In this document: positions 29,296 to 40,598 of the stretch, piece by piece
Position numbering within the stretch: position 1 is the first letter of the stretch
Layout of the letters: every line of letters begins with the position of its first letter
Assembly (NCBI GenBank): GCA_963822965.1
Contig: CAWGJT010000006.1
Coordinates: 1-64,000 of the forward strand
Source of the DNA: an uncultured delta proteobacterium
GTDB lineage: Bacteria > Myxococcota_A > UBA9160 > UBA4427
DNA length: 64,000 bases
Reading direction: 5' to 3'
Translations under genes and position numbers: made by a program
The notes under the pieces: model-generated
Told to the model about the DNA's origin: nothing
Databases searched by the model: none
The model's input: only the letters and a program-made list of their open reading frames with translations

Positions 29296-30180
29296 TGGCG
29301 CCAGCCTCGCGGCACGCCCGCCTGGTTGGCCTCGCGTTCCAGCTCCTCGAGCGACGCGCCGCAGCTTCTCGCGGTGCACTTCGAGCTCGCGTACGCGGCT
29401 CTCCTCGGTGAAGCCGCCCTCCTCGAGATAGCTCTCGAGCTGCGCGAGCGGCACGCGGATGGAGTCGAAGCGCTCCCGCCACTGGGCCTGGTTGAGGCCG
29501 CCGCGAACCAGGTTGTTGGGCTTGAGGGTGATGACGCCGGCGGCGGCGTCCACCTGGTAGACGAAGTTGTTGAAGAAGGCGCCGCCGAGGAGCCCCACGT
29601 CCATCGAGCCGCTCACCGCGGCCTGCAGATCGGAGACCCGGGCCGGGCCGAGCTGCACCGTCTTCAGCCGCACGATGGGCTCCGAGACGATGCCGTTCGC
29701 CGTGCTCACCTGGATGCGCGGCGTGTCCTCGTTGATCTGCAGGCCGAGCTGCTGGGCCACCGTCCACGGGATGGAGACGCCGCTGGCTCCCGTATCGATG
29801 AAGAACGGCGCCCGCACGCGTCCGTTGAGGAGCACCTCGACGCGCATCAGGGTGCCGTGCCGCTCGAACGGAATCCGCATGCTCGCGCCCGGGACCAGGC
29901 TGGCGGGACGCGACGTGGGCTCGGCGTCGGACGAGCTGCTGCGGTTGTAGACCTGGAGGGGATCGCGCTTGCTGCGCTCGGCGGCGCCGCGCCGCGCCGC
30001 CTCGCGCTGCTCCGCCGGCACCTCGTGGATGCTCTGGGAGAAGTGCAGCCGGCCCGAGGGGTCGGTCCACTGGTAGATCTCCGCGCCCGCGCCGCCGGAG
30101 ACGAGCAGCAGGGCGCTGGCGAGACACAGCCCCAGCGGGCGACTGGACATCCGGACGAGATTCGCCCGCGGGCGTCGCAT
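29292..30180 (-). CDS. DUF4124 + clan AA (retropepsin-like) aspartic protease (indel near 29355)
   Basis: EIYQWTDPSGRLHFS; FFIDTGAS; VSTANG; GLLGGAFF; corrected C-terminus LEREANQAGVPRGWRQ. Confidence 0.85.
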
Positions 30181-30324
30181 GGAGAGACCTCCCGTCTCCT
30201 GATCGGCGGGATCGGGCCCGCGCTTGAAGCGCACTCCGGTGTCACGGCGCGCGCGGGCGGCGAAACCCATCGGGAACGCGCAGCGACCGGCAACCAGGCG
30301 GCAGAACCCGCGACTCGCGGTGCG

Positions 30325-32243
30325 CTACTCGGGAGACGAAGCCCCGGGCTCGGCGGCCGCGGCGCCGTCGGATTCCGCAGCGGGCTCGTCGGTCCCGGCG
30401 ACGGCGTCGAAGAACGTGCGGATCGTGGCGGCGTCCTTCTGGGAGATGCCCGGCACCGCTGCCAGCTCCGTCTCGCTGGCCGCGCGCACGGCGCGCAGGG
30501 AGCCCAGGGTTCGCAGCAGCGCGCGCCGCTTCACCGGGCCGATGCCCGGCAGCTCCTGCAGGATCGAGGTCAGGCCGGCCTTGAGCCGCAGCTCGCGCTG
30601 GAACTCGATGGCGAAGCGATGCGACTCGTCGCGCACGCGCTGCAGCAGCAGCAGCCCCTTGGAGCCGGGATGCAGCATCACGGGATTGGCGCGGCCCGCG
30701 CAGGAAGATGCGCTCGGCCTTGAGCCCGCCCCCGCGCTTCACGCGCAGGCTCGGCGACTGCTCGTCGCGCTCCTTCGAGAGGCCGAGGGTGTCCACGTCG
30801 AGGCCCGCGTCGGACAGGGCCGCCAACACCACGCCGAGCTGCCCGCGCCCGCCGTCCACCATCAGCAGGTCGGGCAGCGGCTCCTCCTCGACCCGGGCCA
30901 GGCGCCGCTTCATCACCTCGCGCAGGCAGTCGTAGTCGTCGCCGCCCGCCGCCTCCTGGATGCGGTAGCGCCGGTAGTCCTTCTTGCAGGGACGGCCGTC
31001 CTCGAAGACCACCCGGCTCGCCACCGGCAGGGCGCCCTGGAGGTTCGAGACGTCGTAGCACTCGATCCGGCGCGGCGTCGCCTGCAGGTGGCACTCGCGC
31101 TCGATCTCCGCGAGCGCGGCGTCCACGCTCTCGCGCGTCTCCAGCCGGCGGGCGAGGGTGAGGGATGCGTTGTGGGCCGCCATGCCCACCAGCTGCCGCA
31201 GCCCGCCCGCGCCGGGGCGTGCGCACGGCCACGCGTCCGCCGGAGCGGTCCGACAGCCACTCCTCCAGCACCCCGCCGTCCGGAAAATCCTGGGACGTGA
31301 GCACCTCCCGGGGCGTGGGGCGGGTCTCGTCCCCGTAGTACTGGGCGAGGAAGGAGCCCATCACCTCGCCGTCGTCGATGCGGACGTCCGAGAACCCGAA
31401 GCCCTCGGTGCCCACCACGCGCCCCTCGCGCACGTGCAGCACCTGCACCTCGGCCTCGTTGCCCTGCCGGGCCAGGCCGAACACGTCCCGGGGCGTGCGG
31501 TTGTCCGACACGATCTGCTGGCTCTCGACGGTGCGCTCCACGGCCTGGATGCGGTCCCGCAGGCGCGCCGCCTCCTCGAAGTCCTCCCGCGCGGCGGCCG
31601 CCTTCATGCGCGCGTGCAGATCGCCCACCAGCTCACCCGAGCGGCCGCGCAGGAAGAGCACCGTCCCCGCCACCAGCTCGCGGTAGCCGGCCTCGTCCAC
31701 CAGGCCGCAGCACGGACCCAGGCAGCGCTTCATCTCGTACTCGATGCAGGGCCGCCCGCGCCGCTGGTAGTCGCGGAAGGTGGCGTTGCTGCACGAGCGC
31801 AGGGGGAAGATGCGCCGCAGGTTCGAGAGCGATTCCTTGAGGGCCACGCTCGACGTGTAGGGACCGAAGTACTTGGCGCCGTCCCTTCCGAAGCGCCGGG
31901 CGGTGGTGAGTCGCGGCCACTCCTCGCGCTCGTCGAGACGCAGGGTGAGGTACTGTTTGTCGTCCCGCAGGCGCACGTTGAAGACGGGCTTGTGGCGCTT
32001 GATGAGCTCGTTCTCGAGCAGCAGCGCCTCCTTGATGGTGGGCGTCACCACCACCTCGACGTCCGCCGCCCGCTCCATCAGGGCCGGGATCCGGATGCGT
32101 CCGTCGCCGCCGCTCACGTACTGGCGGACGCGGCTCTTCAGGTTCTGCGCCTTGCCGACGTAGAGCACCTTCCCGCTCTTCGCGCGGAACAGGTAGACGC
32201 CCGCCGCGGTGGGGAGCGCCTCGACTCGCAGGGCTACGCTCAT
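30325..32243 (-). CDS. uvrC: Excinuclease ABC subunit C (indels near 31200-31220 and 30695)
   Basis: [63 protein letters not shown]; HhH PGIGP. Confidence 0.96.
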
Positions 32244-34267
32244 CCCAGCTGGAGCCGCTCTTCTTCCAGCAGCCGGATGCGGTCGCGCAGGTCGGCGGCC
32301 TGCTCGAACTCGAGCTCGGCGGCGGCCTTCTTCATCTCGGCCCGCAGGGCCGCGATGAGCTTGGGCAGCTCGTGGGCCGGCGCGGTGGGCGCGCGGCGCT
32401 CCCCCTTCACGCCCACGGTCACGTAGTCCGACTCCCAGATCGAGTCGTGGAGGCTCGTGATGCGCTTCTGGACGGTCTGCGGGGTGATGTCGTGCTCGAC
32501 GTTGTAGCGGGCCTGCACCTCGCGCCGCCGGCTCGTCTCCTCGAGGGTCCTGCGGATGGAGTCCGTCTCCCGGTCGGCGTAGAGGATCACCCTTCCCCGC
32601 ACGTTGCGCGCCGCCCGACCGATGGTCTGGATGAGCGAGCGTGCCGAGCGCAGGAAGCCCTCCTTGTCGGCGTCGAGGATCGCCACCAGCGACACCTCGG
32701 GGATGTCCAGCCCCTCGCGCAGCAGGTTGATCCCCACCAGCACGTCGAAGCCGCCCTCGCGCAGCTCGCGGATGATCTCCATGCGCTCGATGGTCTTGAT
32801 GTCGCTGTGCAGGTAGCGGATGCGGATGCCGAGCTCCGCGTAGTACTCGGTGAGCTCCTCGGCCATGCGCTTCGTGAGGGTCGTGACGAGCACCCGCTCG
32901 CCCCGCTCCACGGTCTCGCGGATGGCGCCGAGCAGGTCGTCCACCTGCCCGCTGGCCGGCCGCACGTCCACCTCGGGATCCATCAGGCCCGTGGGCCGGA
33001 TGATCTGCTCGACCACCACGCCCCCGCTCTTCTGCAGCTCGTACTCCGCCGGGGTGGCCGAGAGGTAGAGGCGCTGCTTGGCCCGCTCCTCCCACTCCTC
33101 GAAGCGCAGGGGCCGGTTGTCGAGGGCCGAGGGCAGGCGCCAGCCGTACTCGACCAGGGTCTCCTTGCGCGCCCGGTCGCCGCGGTACATGCCGCCGATC
33201 TGGGGTACCGAGATGTGGCTCTCGTCGAGCACGACGAGGGCGTCCTCGGGCAGGTAGTCGTAGAGGGTGTACGGCGTCTCACCGGCCTCGCGTCCGTCGA
33301 GCCAGCGCGAGTAGTTCTCGACGCCGTGGCAGAAGCCCATCTCCTGCAGCATCTCGAGATCGTACTTCGTGCGCTGCTCCAGGCGCTGGGCCTCGAGCAG
33401 CTTGCCCTCGCGCTGGAAGGTGGCCACGCGCTCGGCCAGCTCTTCCTTGATGCCTTCCACGGCCCGCTGCAGCCGGACCTCGGTGGCCACGTAGTGGCTC
33501 GCGGGATGGATCAGGCTGCGCTTGGGCCGGGCCAGCACCTTGCCGCGCAGGGGATCGATCTCGGCGATGCTCTCGATCTCGTCGCCGAAGAGCTCCACCC
33601 GGATGGCGCGCTCGGCCTCGTACTGGGGAAAGATCTCGACCACGTCACCACGCACCCGGAAGGTGCCGCGGTGGAAGTCCAGATCGTTGCGCTTGTACTG
33701 CATGTCCACCAGGGCGTGCAGCAGCTCCTGCCGGGGCATCTGCGCCCCCGCCTCCAGGAAGACGTGCATCGAGCCGTAGTTCTCCGGCGCGCCCAGGCCG
33801 TAGATGCAGGAGACGCTGGCCACCACCAGCACGTCACGCCGGGTGAGCAGGGAGTGCGTCGCCGAGTGCCGCAGCTTGTCGATCTCGTCGTTGATCGACG
33901 AATCCTTCTCGATGTACGTGTCGCTGGAAGGAATGTACGCCTCGGGCTGGTAGTAGTCGTAGTACGAGACGAAGTACTCGACGGCGTTGTGCGGGAAGAG
34001 CTCCTTGAACTCGGCGTAGAGCTGGGCGGCCAGGGTCTTGTTGGGCGACATCACCAGGGTGGGACGGTTCACGGTCTCCACCACGCAGGCCACCGTGAAG
34101 GTCTTGCCGCTGCCGGTCACCCCGAGCAAGGTCTGGTGCGGGTCGCCCCGCCGCAGGCCCTCGACCAGCTCGCGGATGGCGCCCGGCTGGTCGCCCATGG
34201 GCTCGTAGGACGAGACCAGCTCGAACGGTCGATCGCTGCGCTCGGCTCCGCGCTCGCTCGTGCTCAT
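32240..34267 (-). CDS. uvrB: Excinuclease ABC subunit B
   Basis: [43 protein letters not shown]. Confidence 0.98.
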   Translation of the reverse strand: MSTSERGAERSDRPFELVSSYEPMGDQPGAIRELVEGLRRGDPHQTLLGVTGSGKTFTVACVVETVNRPTLVMSPNKTLAAQLYAEFKELFPHNAVEYFVSYYDYYQPEAYIPSSDTYIEKDSSINDEIDKLRHSATHSLLTRRDVLVVASVSCIYGLGAPENYGSMHVFLEAGAQMPRQELLHALVDMQYKRNDLDFHRGTFRVRGDVVEIFPQYEAERAIRVELFGDEIESIAEIDPLRGKVLARPKRSLIHPASHYVATEVRLQRAVEGIKEELAERVATFQREGKLLEAQRLEQRTKYDLEMLQEMGFCHGVENYSRWLDGREAGETPYTLYDYLPEDALVVLDESHISVPQIGGMYRGDRARKETLVEYGWRLPSALDNRPLRFEEWEERAKQRLYLSATPAEYELQKSGGVVVEQIIRPTGLMDPEVDVRPASGQVDDLLGAIRETVERGERVLVTTLTKRMAEELTEYYAELGIRIRYLHSDIKTIERMEIIRELREGGFDVLVGINLLREGLDIPEVSLVAILDADKEGFLRSARSLIQTIGRAARNVRGRVILYADRETDSIRRTLEETSRRREVQARYNVEHDITPQTVQKRITSLHDSIWESDYVTVGVKGERRAPTAPAHELPKLIAALRAEMKKAAAELEFEQAADLRDRIRLLEEERLQLG

Positions 34268-34280
34268 GGTCGCCTCCCGT

Positions 34281-35702
34281 TCATCGCCGCCGCCAGCGCG
34301 GCCCCTCGGGCGTGTCGACGATTTCGATGCCGCGGGCCTCCAGCTCGTCCCGGATGCGGTCGGCCGCCGCCCAGTCCTTCGCGGCCCGGGCCCGCTGGCG
34401 ATCGGCGAGCATCGCGTCGATCTCGGGATCCGACTCGAAGGCCGGCGCCGCCGGGTCGGCGGTCACCAGGTCGAGCCCCAAGATGCGATCGAAGTGAAGC
34501 AGCAGCGCGCGTCGCACCCCGGGCGGAAGCTCCTCCCGGGCGCGCGCCACGTCCCAGGCCAGGGCCAGGGCCTTGGGCGCATTGAGATCGTCGCGCATGG
34601 CGTCGCAGAAGCGCTCGCGATGTCCCGTCGGATCGCCCTCCCCCGCCTCGCCGGCGCGCTCGACCGGTGCGTCGCGCACCTCGGCGGCCAGACCCAGCAG
34701 CCGCCGGTAGCCGGTGGCCGCGGCGTCCATGGCCTCGGGCGTATAGGTCTGCTGCTGGCGGTAGTGGGCCTGGAGCAGGAAGTAGCGGAACGCCAGAGGC
34801 TCGATGCCCCGGGCCACGAGGTCCGAGAGCAGGGCCACGTTGCCGGTGGACTTGGCCATCTTCTCGCCCTGGAAGTCGATGAACTCGTTGTGCATCCACA
34901 CGTTCACCCAGGGATGCGAGCCCGTGGCGCCCTCGGACTGGGCGATCTCGTTCGTGTGGTGGACGCGGACGTGGTCGATGCCGCCCGTGTGGATGTCGAA
35001 GTGCTCGCCCAGGTACTTCATGCTCATGGCCGAGCATTCGAGATGCCAGCCCGGAAAGCCCCGACCCCAGGGCGAGTCCCACTCCTGCTGCCGCTGCACC
35101 CCCGGCGCCGCGAACTTCCAGATCGCGAAGTCGGCGGGATGGCGCTTGCCCGTCACCTGCTCGATGCGCCCGTGCTCGGCCTGGCCGGCAAGATCGAGGC
35201 CGGCGAACTGGGCGTAGCGCGGGAAGTGCGAGACGTCGAAGTAGATGCCGTCCTCGAGCCGATAGGTGAAGCCCTTCTCCTCGAGGCGCCGGGCCAGGGT
35301 GATCTGCTCGTTGATGTGCTCCGTGGCACGGCACAGCACGTCGGGATCCCGGACGTTGAGCGCCCGCCGGTCCGCCAACCACTGCTCGGTGTACATCGCG
35401 GCGATCTCGAGGGCGCTGCGCCCCGCCCGGGCGGCGGCCACCTCCATCTTGTCCTCGCCCACGTCGCTGTCGCCGGCCAGGTGGCCCACGTCGGTCACGT
35501 TGATGACGTGGGTGACCTGGTAGCCCTCGGCCTCCAGGGTGCGGCGCAGCAGGTCGGCGAACACGTAGGGGCGCAGGTTGCCCAGGTGCTGGGGGGCGTA
35601 GACCGTCGGCCCGCAGCTGTAGATGCGGACCCGGCCCGGCACGATGGGCTCGAAGGGCTCCTTGCGCGCGGTGCGCGTGTTGTAGAAGACGAGGCGGCTC
35701 AC
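34281..35702 (-). CDS. cysS: Cysteine--tRNA ligase
   Basis: [34 protein letters not shown]. Confidence 0.97.
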   Translation of the reverse strand: MSRLVFYNTRTARKEPFEPIVPGRVRIYSCGPTVYAPQHLGNLRPYVFADLLRRTLEAEGYQVTHVINVTDVGHLAGDSDVGEDKMEVAAARAGRSALEIAAMYTEQWLADRRALNVRDPDVLCRATEHINEQITLARRLEEKGFTYRLEDGIYFDVSHFPRYAQFAGLDLAGQAEHGRIEQVTGKRHPADFAIWKFAAPGVQRQQEWDSPWGRGFPGWHLECSAMSMKYLGEHFDIHTGGIDHVRVHHTNEIAQSEGATGSHPWVNVWMHNEFIDFQGEKMAKSTGNVALLSDLVARGIEPLAFRYFLLQAHYRQQQTYTPEAMDAAATGYRRLLGLAAEVRDAPVERAGEAGEGDPTGHRERFCDAMRDDLNAPKALALAWDVARAREELPPGVRRALLLHFDRILGLDLVTADPAAPAFESDPEIDAMLADRQRARAAKDWAAADRIRDELEARGIEIVDTPEGPRWRRR

Positions 35703-35792
35703 GGTCGAAGCGACTCCACGACGGACGAGCGCGCCGGGAGCGGCCGGCAGCTCGAGAACGGACGGATTCGAACAGGGGAGCGCACCGGGAAC

Positions 35793-36284
35793 CTACTCCG
35801 CCACGGGTTCCAGCAACACTGCTGACAGGGCGGCGATGCCCTCGGCGCGCCCGACGGCGCCCAGCTGGTCCGTGCTGGTGACCTTCACGTTGACGCGATC
35901 CGGGCCGACGCCCAGCAGCGCCGCCAGATTCGCGCGCATCCGGGGCTGGTGCGCGGCGAGCCGCGGCGCCTGGGCGACGATCGTGGCGTCCAGGTTCGCC
36001 ACGCGCATGGCCGCCTCGCGCATCATGGCCACCACCCGCTCGACGATGCGCGCGCTGTCGATGCCGCGGAGCGACTCGTCCGAGGACGGAAAGTGCCGGC
36101 CGAGGTCGCCCTCGCCCAGGGCGCCCAGCAGCGCGTCGGCCACGGCGTGCAGCAGCACGTCGCCGTCCGAGTGCCCCTCGAGCCCGCGCCCGCCGGTCTC
36201 GGCCGCCGGAATCTCCACCCCGCCCAGCACCAGGCGACGGCCGGCGACGAGCCGGTGGGCGTCGAAGCCCTGCCCGATGCGCAT
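35793..36284 (-). CDS. ispF: 2-C-methyl-D-erythritol 2,4-cyclodiphosphate synthase
   Basis: RIGQGFDAH, GHSDGDVLLHA, GDLGRHFP. Confidence 0.96.
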   Translation of the reverse strand: MRIGQGFDAHRLVAGRRLVLGGVEIPAAETGGRGLEGHSDGDVLLHAVADALLGALGEGDLGRHFPSSDESLRGIDSARIVERVVAMMREAAMRVANLDATIVAQAPRLAAHQPRMRANLAALLGVGPDRVNVKVTSTDQLGAVGRAEGIAALSAVLLEPVAE

Positions 36285-36994
36285 CACCGCTCCAGCCCGG
36301 AGAGCGCCTCGGCCCGCTCCACCAGGGCCTCGGCGATCACCAGATCGATCGGGTGGGTGATCTTCAGGTTGTGGACCGATCCCAGCACGATGCGCACCGG
36401 CACGCCGAGGCGCTCCACGAGCTGGGCGTCGTCGGTGGCCTCGAAGCCCTCGGCCTGGGCCTTGGCGAGGGCTTCACGCAGCAGATCCACCCGGAATACC
36501 TGGGGGGTCTGGGCCACCCAGCAGGCGCTGCGCTCGGGGGTCGACTGCACGAGGCCGCCTCGAACGAGCTTCACCGTATCGGGGCTCGGCCGGGCCAGGA
36601 TCGCGGCACCCGACGCCCAGGCTCCCTGGATCACCGCCTCCACCTCGGGCTCCGAGACGAGGCAACGCGCCGCGTCGTGCACCGCCACCCACTCCACGTC
36701 GGCGGACAGGGCATCGAGACCCGCCTGAACCGAGTCCTGGCGCCGGGCCCCGCCGGGAATCGGATCCGCACGCTTCGGTCCGCCGGGCGCCACCCGGTCC
36801 CACAGCGCGGCGTGATCCGCCGGCACCACCGGCAGCACGTGGTCCACGAGACGAGCGCGCTCGAGCGTCTCCAGCGAGCGCTCGACGATGCACCTTCCCC
36901 CGAGCGACACGAAGGCCTTGGGCATCGCGCCCCCCAGTCGGGTGCCCTGCCCCGCCGCCAGCACCAGTGCCGCCACCTGCCCGTTGCCCTGCAT
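36284..36994 (-). CDS. ispD: 2-C-methyl-D-erythritol 4-phosphate cytidylyltransferase
   Basis: LAAGQGTRLG..PK, RQDSV, VHDAAR, QTPQ, TDDA, NLKIT. Confidence 0.96.
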   Translation of the reverse strand: MQGNGQVAALVLAAGQGTRLGGAMPKAFVSLGGRCIVERSLETLERARLVDHVLPVVPADHAALWDRVAPGGPKRADPIPGGARRQDSVQAGLDALSADVEWVAVHDAARCLVSEPEVEAVIQGAWASGAAILARPSPDTVKLVRGGLVQSTPERSACWVAQTPQVFRVDLLREALAKAQAEGFEATDDAQLVERLGVPVRIVLGSVHNLKITHPIDLVIAEALVERAEALSGLER

Positions 36995-37085
36995 GGCCGA
37001 CGAGGATAGAACAGCGCGCACGCGGGGGTGCCCCGCACCCTGCGGGAGTTGTTAGAGTCCGGCCCGCGCCCGTGGAGGAGCCTCG

Positions 37086-38783
37086 ATGAGTCGACATTCC
37101 CGCATGCCGTTGGCCCTCGCTCTGCTGGTCCTCGGCACCCTCGTCCCGGGGTCCCGGGCGAGCGCCCAGATGAGCCCGGAGAACGAGCTGGGGACCTCCG
37201 ACGTCGAGGCCATGGACGACACGGAGCACTACGAGCAGAGCCTCGCGGGCGAGCGCGACGAGGACGCAGGCGACAAGCTGCCCCTGCACCTGTCCGACGC
37301 CGTCGCCCAGGGAATCGAGAACAACCTCCAGCTGCAGGTGGATCGCTTCGATCCGCTGATCGCCTGGGAGGGCAAGGCGACGACCTGGGGCGCCTATGAC
37401 CCGACCTTCTCCGGCAGTGTCGGGTACGGATCCGACTACACGCCGAACCCCAACAGGCTGTTCGGCGCCGCCCGCAACCGCGCTCGCACGACGGACGGCG
37501 CGCTCGGCCTGGACGCCCTCGTGCCCTGGCTCGGCGCCTCGATCGGCCTGGAGTCGACCGGCAGCAAGCTCGATTCGACGCAGTTCTCCAACTTCCAGAC
37601 GCTGCGACCCGAGTACCGCTCCGGCATTGCCGTGACCGGCACGCTTCCTCTGCTCAAGGGACTCATCTGGAACGAGCCGTGGACCCTGGTGAAGACCTCC
37701 CAGACGCTGTACGAGAACTCTCGCGAAGCCTTCCGCGCCAACCTGATGGACGTGGTCCAGAACATCGAGACCCTCTACTGGGACCTCGTCGCCCAGAAGC
37801 AGGCGGTGCGCGTGGCCGAGAAGAGCCTCGAGACGGCCCGCTCGCTGCTCGACCAGACGAAGACCCAGTACGAGGTGGGCGTGAAGTCGAAGGTCGAGGT
37901 GGTGGAGGCCGAGGCCGGCGTGGCCGCGCGCGAGTTCGACCTGATCGTGGCGGTGAACCGCTTTCGGCGGGCCCAGGACAACCTGATCGACGCCGTCTAC
38001 GGCACCCAGCTCACCCCCGGCACCCACCTGGAGATCGTGCCGGCGGACGATCCCGAGAACTACGTCGCCTACCAGATCGACACGGTGGAGGCCGCCGAGA
38101 AGGCCTTCCACAACCGCCCCGAGCTGCAGCAGGCCGAGTACGAGATCGATCGCCAGCAGTTCGAGCTCAAGTTCGCGAAGAACCAGCGACTACCGCAGTT
38201 CGACATCCAGGGCCGCTACGGCGTGAACGGTCTCCGCGGCAAGGGCTTCGGCGCGAGCGACGTCGATCCGGGTCCGGGCGTGGACCTGCAACCCAATCCG
38301 GATACGGGCGACTACAGCGACACGTACCACGATTGGTTCACGGACTCCGGCGGGCAGGAGTTCTCGGTCCGCGGGGTCGTCTCCATTCCGATCGGAAACG
38401 TGGGCGCACGCCACACGGTCTCCCGGCGCCAGCTCGAGCTGCGCCGGGCCAAGACCACCCTCACCCAGCTCAAGCAGCAGATCATCCTCCAGGTGCGCGA
38501 CGGCGCCCGCAACCTGGCGTCCGCCCAGGAGGGCATCGAGGCCGCCAATCGACGACAGGTGGCTGCCGCCGAGCAGCTGCGCGCCGAGCGCGTGCGCCTC
38601 GAGTACGGCGAATCCACACCCTTCCGGGTGCTCGAGAAGGAATCCGACCTCGTGTCGGCCGAGAACCAGAAGATCACGGCACTCTTCACGTACCGGAAGT
38701 CCGTGGTCGATCTCCACCGGGCCCAGGGCACCATCCTGCAGGCCCGGAACATCGTCGTCGAAGACGCTGCCACCCTGCGATAA
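37086..38783 (+). CDS. TolC family outer membrane protein
   Basis: Signal peptide; ENNLQL, YWDLV, NRPEL, KNQRLPQFD, YGESTPFRVL helical repeats. Confidence 0.88.
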   Translation: MSRHSRMPLALALLVLGTLVPGSRASAQMSPENELGTSDVEAMDDTEHYEQSLAGERDEDAGDKLPLHLSDAVAQGIENNLQLQVDRFDPLIAWEGKATTWGAYDPTFSGSVGYGSDYTPNPNRLFGAARNRARTTDGALGLDALVPWLGASIGLESTGSKLDSTQFSNFQTLRPEYRSGIAVTGTLPLLKGLIWNEPWTLVKTSQTLYENSREAFRANLMDVVQNIETLYWDLVAQKQAVRVAEKSLETARSLLDQTKTQYEVGVKSKVEVVEAEAGVAAREFDLIVAVNRFRRAQDNLIDAVYGTQLTPGTHLEIVPADDPENYVAYQIDTVEAAEKAFHNRPELQQAEYEIDRQQFELKFAKNQRLPQFDIQGRYGVNGLRGKGFGASDVDPGPGVDLQPNPDTGDYSDTYHDWFTDSGGQEFSVRGVVSIPIGNVGARHTVSRRQLELRRAKTTLTQLKQQIILQVRDGARNLASAQEGIEAANRRQVAAAEQLRAERVRLEYGESTPFRVLEKESDLVSAENQKITALFTYRKSVVDLHRAQGTILQARNIVVEDAATLR

Positions 38784-38820
38784 CCTCCGCCGCCGGACAC
38801 CAGGGGGGAATCGACAGCGC

Positions 38821-39348
38821 ATGAGTCTGTTCGGATCGGGTGGACGCAAAGACGAGGGAGCGCCGGCACCGGACGTGCGCCAGCACACGCAGTCCGAGAG
38901 CCGCGCCTCCGAAGAGCGGCAGGCAGGTCGGGATCGGGTCCACAGGGACCGGGGAGGAGAGTCCGTGGCGAGCTTCGGCAAGTCGATCGTCTTCAAGGGA
39001 GACCTGACCGGCGACGAGGACCTCGAGATCGAGGGCCGCGTCGAAGGCCAGGTGAAGCTTCCCAACCACCAGCTCACCATCGGCGCACACGGCAAGGTGA
39101 CCGCCGAGGTCGAGGCCAAGACCGTGATCGTCGTGGGTCACGTCTCGGGCAACGTGAGCGCCAGCGAACGGGTCGAGGTGCAGGCCTCGGGCGTGGTGGA
39201 CGGGGACATTCGCGCCCCCCGCCTCCTCATCCAGGAAGGGGCCGTGGTGAACGGCAGCATCCAGATGGGCGCCCCGGCCAAGGCCGGCGAGAAGCCGGTC
39301 CCCAGCGCCGCCAGCTCGAATCCGGAGCCCGCCCGCAAGATCGGCTGA
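38821..39348 (+). CDS. Bactofilin (polymer-forming cytoskeletal protein)
   Basis: GKSIVFKGDLTGDEDLEIEGRVEG..GNVSASERVE..GAVVNGSIQM. Confidence 0.93.
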   Translation: MSLFGSGGRKDEGAPAPDVRQHTQSESRASEERQAGRDRVHRDRGGESVASFGKSIVFKGDLTGDEDLEIEGRVEGQVKLPNHQLTIGAHGKVTAEVEAKTVIVVGHVSGNVSASERVEVQASGVVDGDIRAPRLLIQEGAVVNGSIQMGAPAKAGEKPVPSAASSNPEPARKIG

Positions 39349-39369
39349 CGCGGACCCCGGCGCCGCGGC

Positions 39370-40587
39370 TCAGCGCCGGGCGGCGCTCTTCCGTTTCTTG
39401 CGGCTCGTCCGGCTCGAGGTCGGGGAGCTCGCCGAGCCGGACGGGCTCGAGGCCGGGGACTTCCCCGAGCCGGACGGGCTCGACCCCGACGTGGCGCCCC
39501 GCGACCGCGCGCGCCGTTGCTTCTCCGCCTGCTCGTGGGCGGCGCCCTTGCCGTAGCGCCGCTCGAGCACCAGCAGCACCGGCGCCGCGATGTACATCGA
39601 CGAGTAGGTGCCCACGAAGACGCCGAGGATCATCGCGAACGCGAAGGGCTGGATCACCGGCCCGCCCAGGAAGTACAGGGACAGCAGGGCCAGCAGGGTG
39701 GTGCCCGACGTGAGCACCGTGCGCGAGAGCGTCTGGTTCACGCTGTCGTTCAGCACCGTGGGCAGATCGAGGCTCGTGTGCAGGCTCATGTTCTCGCGCA
39801 CGCGGTCGTAGATGATGATCGTGTCGTTGAGCGAGTAGCCCAGGATGGCGAGCATGGCCGCCAGGATGCGCAGGTCGAACTCCATCCCCAGGATGACGAA
39901 GACCCCCGCCGTGATGAGCAGATCGTGGATCGAGGCGACGATGGCGCCCGGCGCGTAGCGCGTGTTGAAGCGGAAGGCGATGTAGATCAGGATCGCGATG
40001 CTCGCGAAGAGCAGCGACTTCAGGCCGTCGTCCCGCAGCTCGGCGCCCACCCGGGGGCCCACGAACTCGACGCGCTCGATGGTGACCTTTCCGATGGCGC
40101 CCTCGAGGGCCTTCGTGAGCCGAACGATCAGGTCCGAGCCCTGCACGTCCGCATCGCCTTCGGCCGCGCCGGCGCCCTCGTCCTGGGCCGCGGCGACCGC
40201 CTCGTCTGCGGGGGCCTCGGCCGCGTCGGCACCCTCCCCGGCGGCCGCGTCCGCCGGCGCCGTCTCCTCGTCCTCCGTGTTGATGTTGCCCGAGAAGCGG
40301 ATGAGGTACTCGTTGGCGCCGGGCTCGCCGTAGCGGACGACGCTCGGCTCCTTGATGTCCAGCGGTCCGGTCAGCACCTCGCGGATGGCGCCGTCCGACG
40401 CGTCGACCCCCGGCGCGAAGGCGAGCTGCACCTCGGTGCCGCCCGCGAAGTCGATCCCCATGCGGATGCCCTGGATCGGGATCGCGATGATCGACGCCAG
40501 CAGCACCAGCCCCGACGCGGCCGCGCAGATGCGCCGCTTGCCGATGAAATCGATGTGGGTACCGGACGGTATGATCTCCCAGGACAC
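39370..40587 (-). CDS. secF: Protein translocase subunit SecF
   Basis: GIDFAGG, VGPRVG, HDLLI, GYSLNDTIIIYDRVRE, QTLSRT, GTYSS. Confidence 0.96.
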   Translation of the reverse strand: MSWEIIPSGTHIDFIGKRRICAAASGLVLLASIIAIPIQGIRMGIDFAGGTEVQLAFAPGVDASDGAIREVLTGPLDIKEPSVVRYGEPGANEYLIRFSGNINTEDEETAPADAAAGEGADAAEAPADEAVAAAQDEGAGAAEGDADVQGSDLIVRLTKALEGAIGKVTIERVEFVGPRVGAELRDDGLKSLLFASIAILIYIAFRFNTRYAPGAIVASIHDLLITAGVFVILGMEFDLRILAAMLAILGYSLNDTIIIYDRVRENMSLHTSLDLPTVLNDSVNQTLSRTVLTSGTTLLALLSLYFLGGPVIQPFAFAMILGVFVGTYSSMYIAAPVLLVLERRYGKGAAHEQAEKQRRARSRGATSGSSPSGSGKSPASSPSGSASSPTSSRTSRKKRKSAARR

Positions 40588-40598
40588 CGGGGATCCTC

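Noticed and set aside
39370..39500. Repeated sequence at the secF 3' end
   Set aside because: Low-complexity Ser/Pro/Gly coding tail, not a separate element
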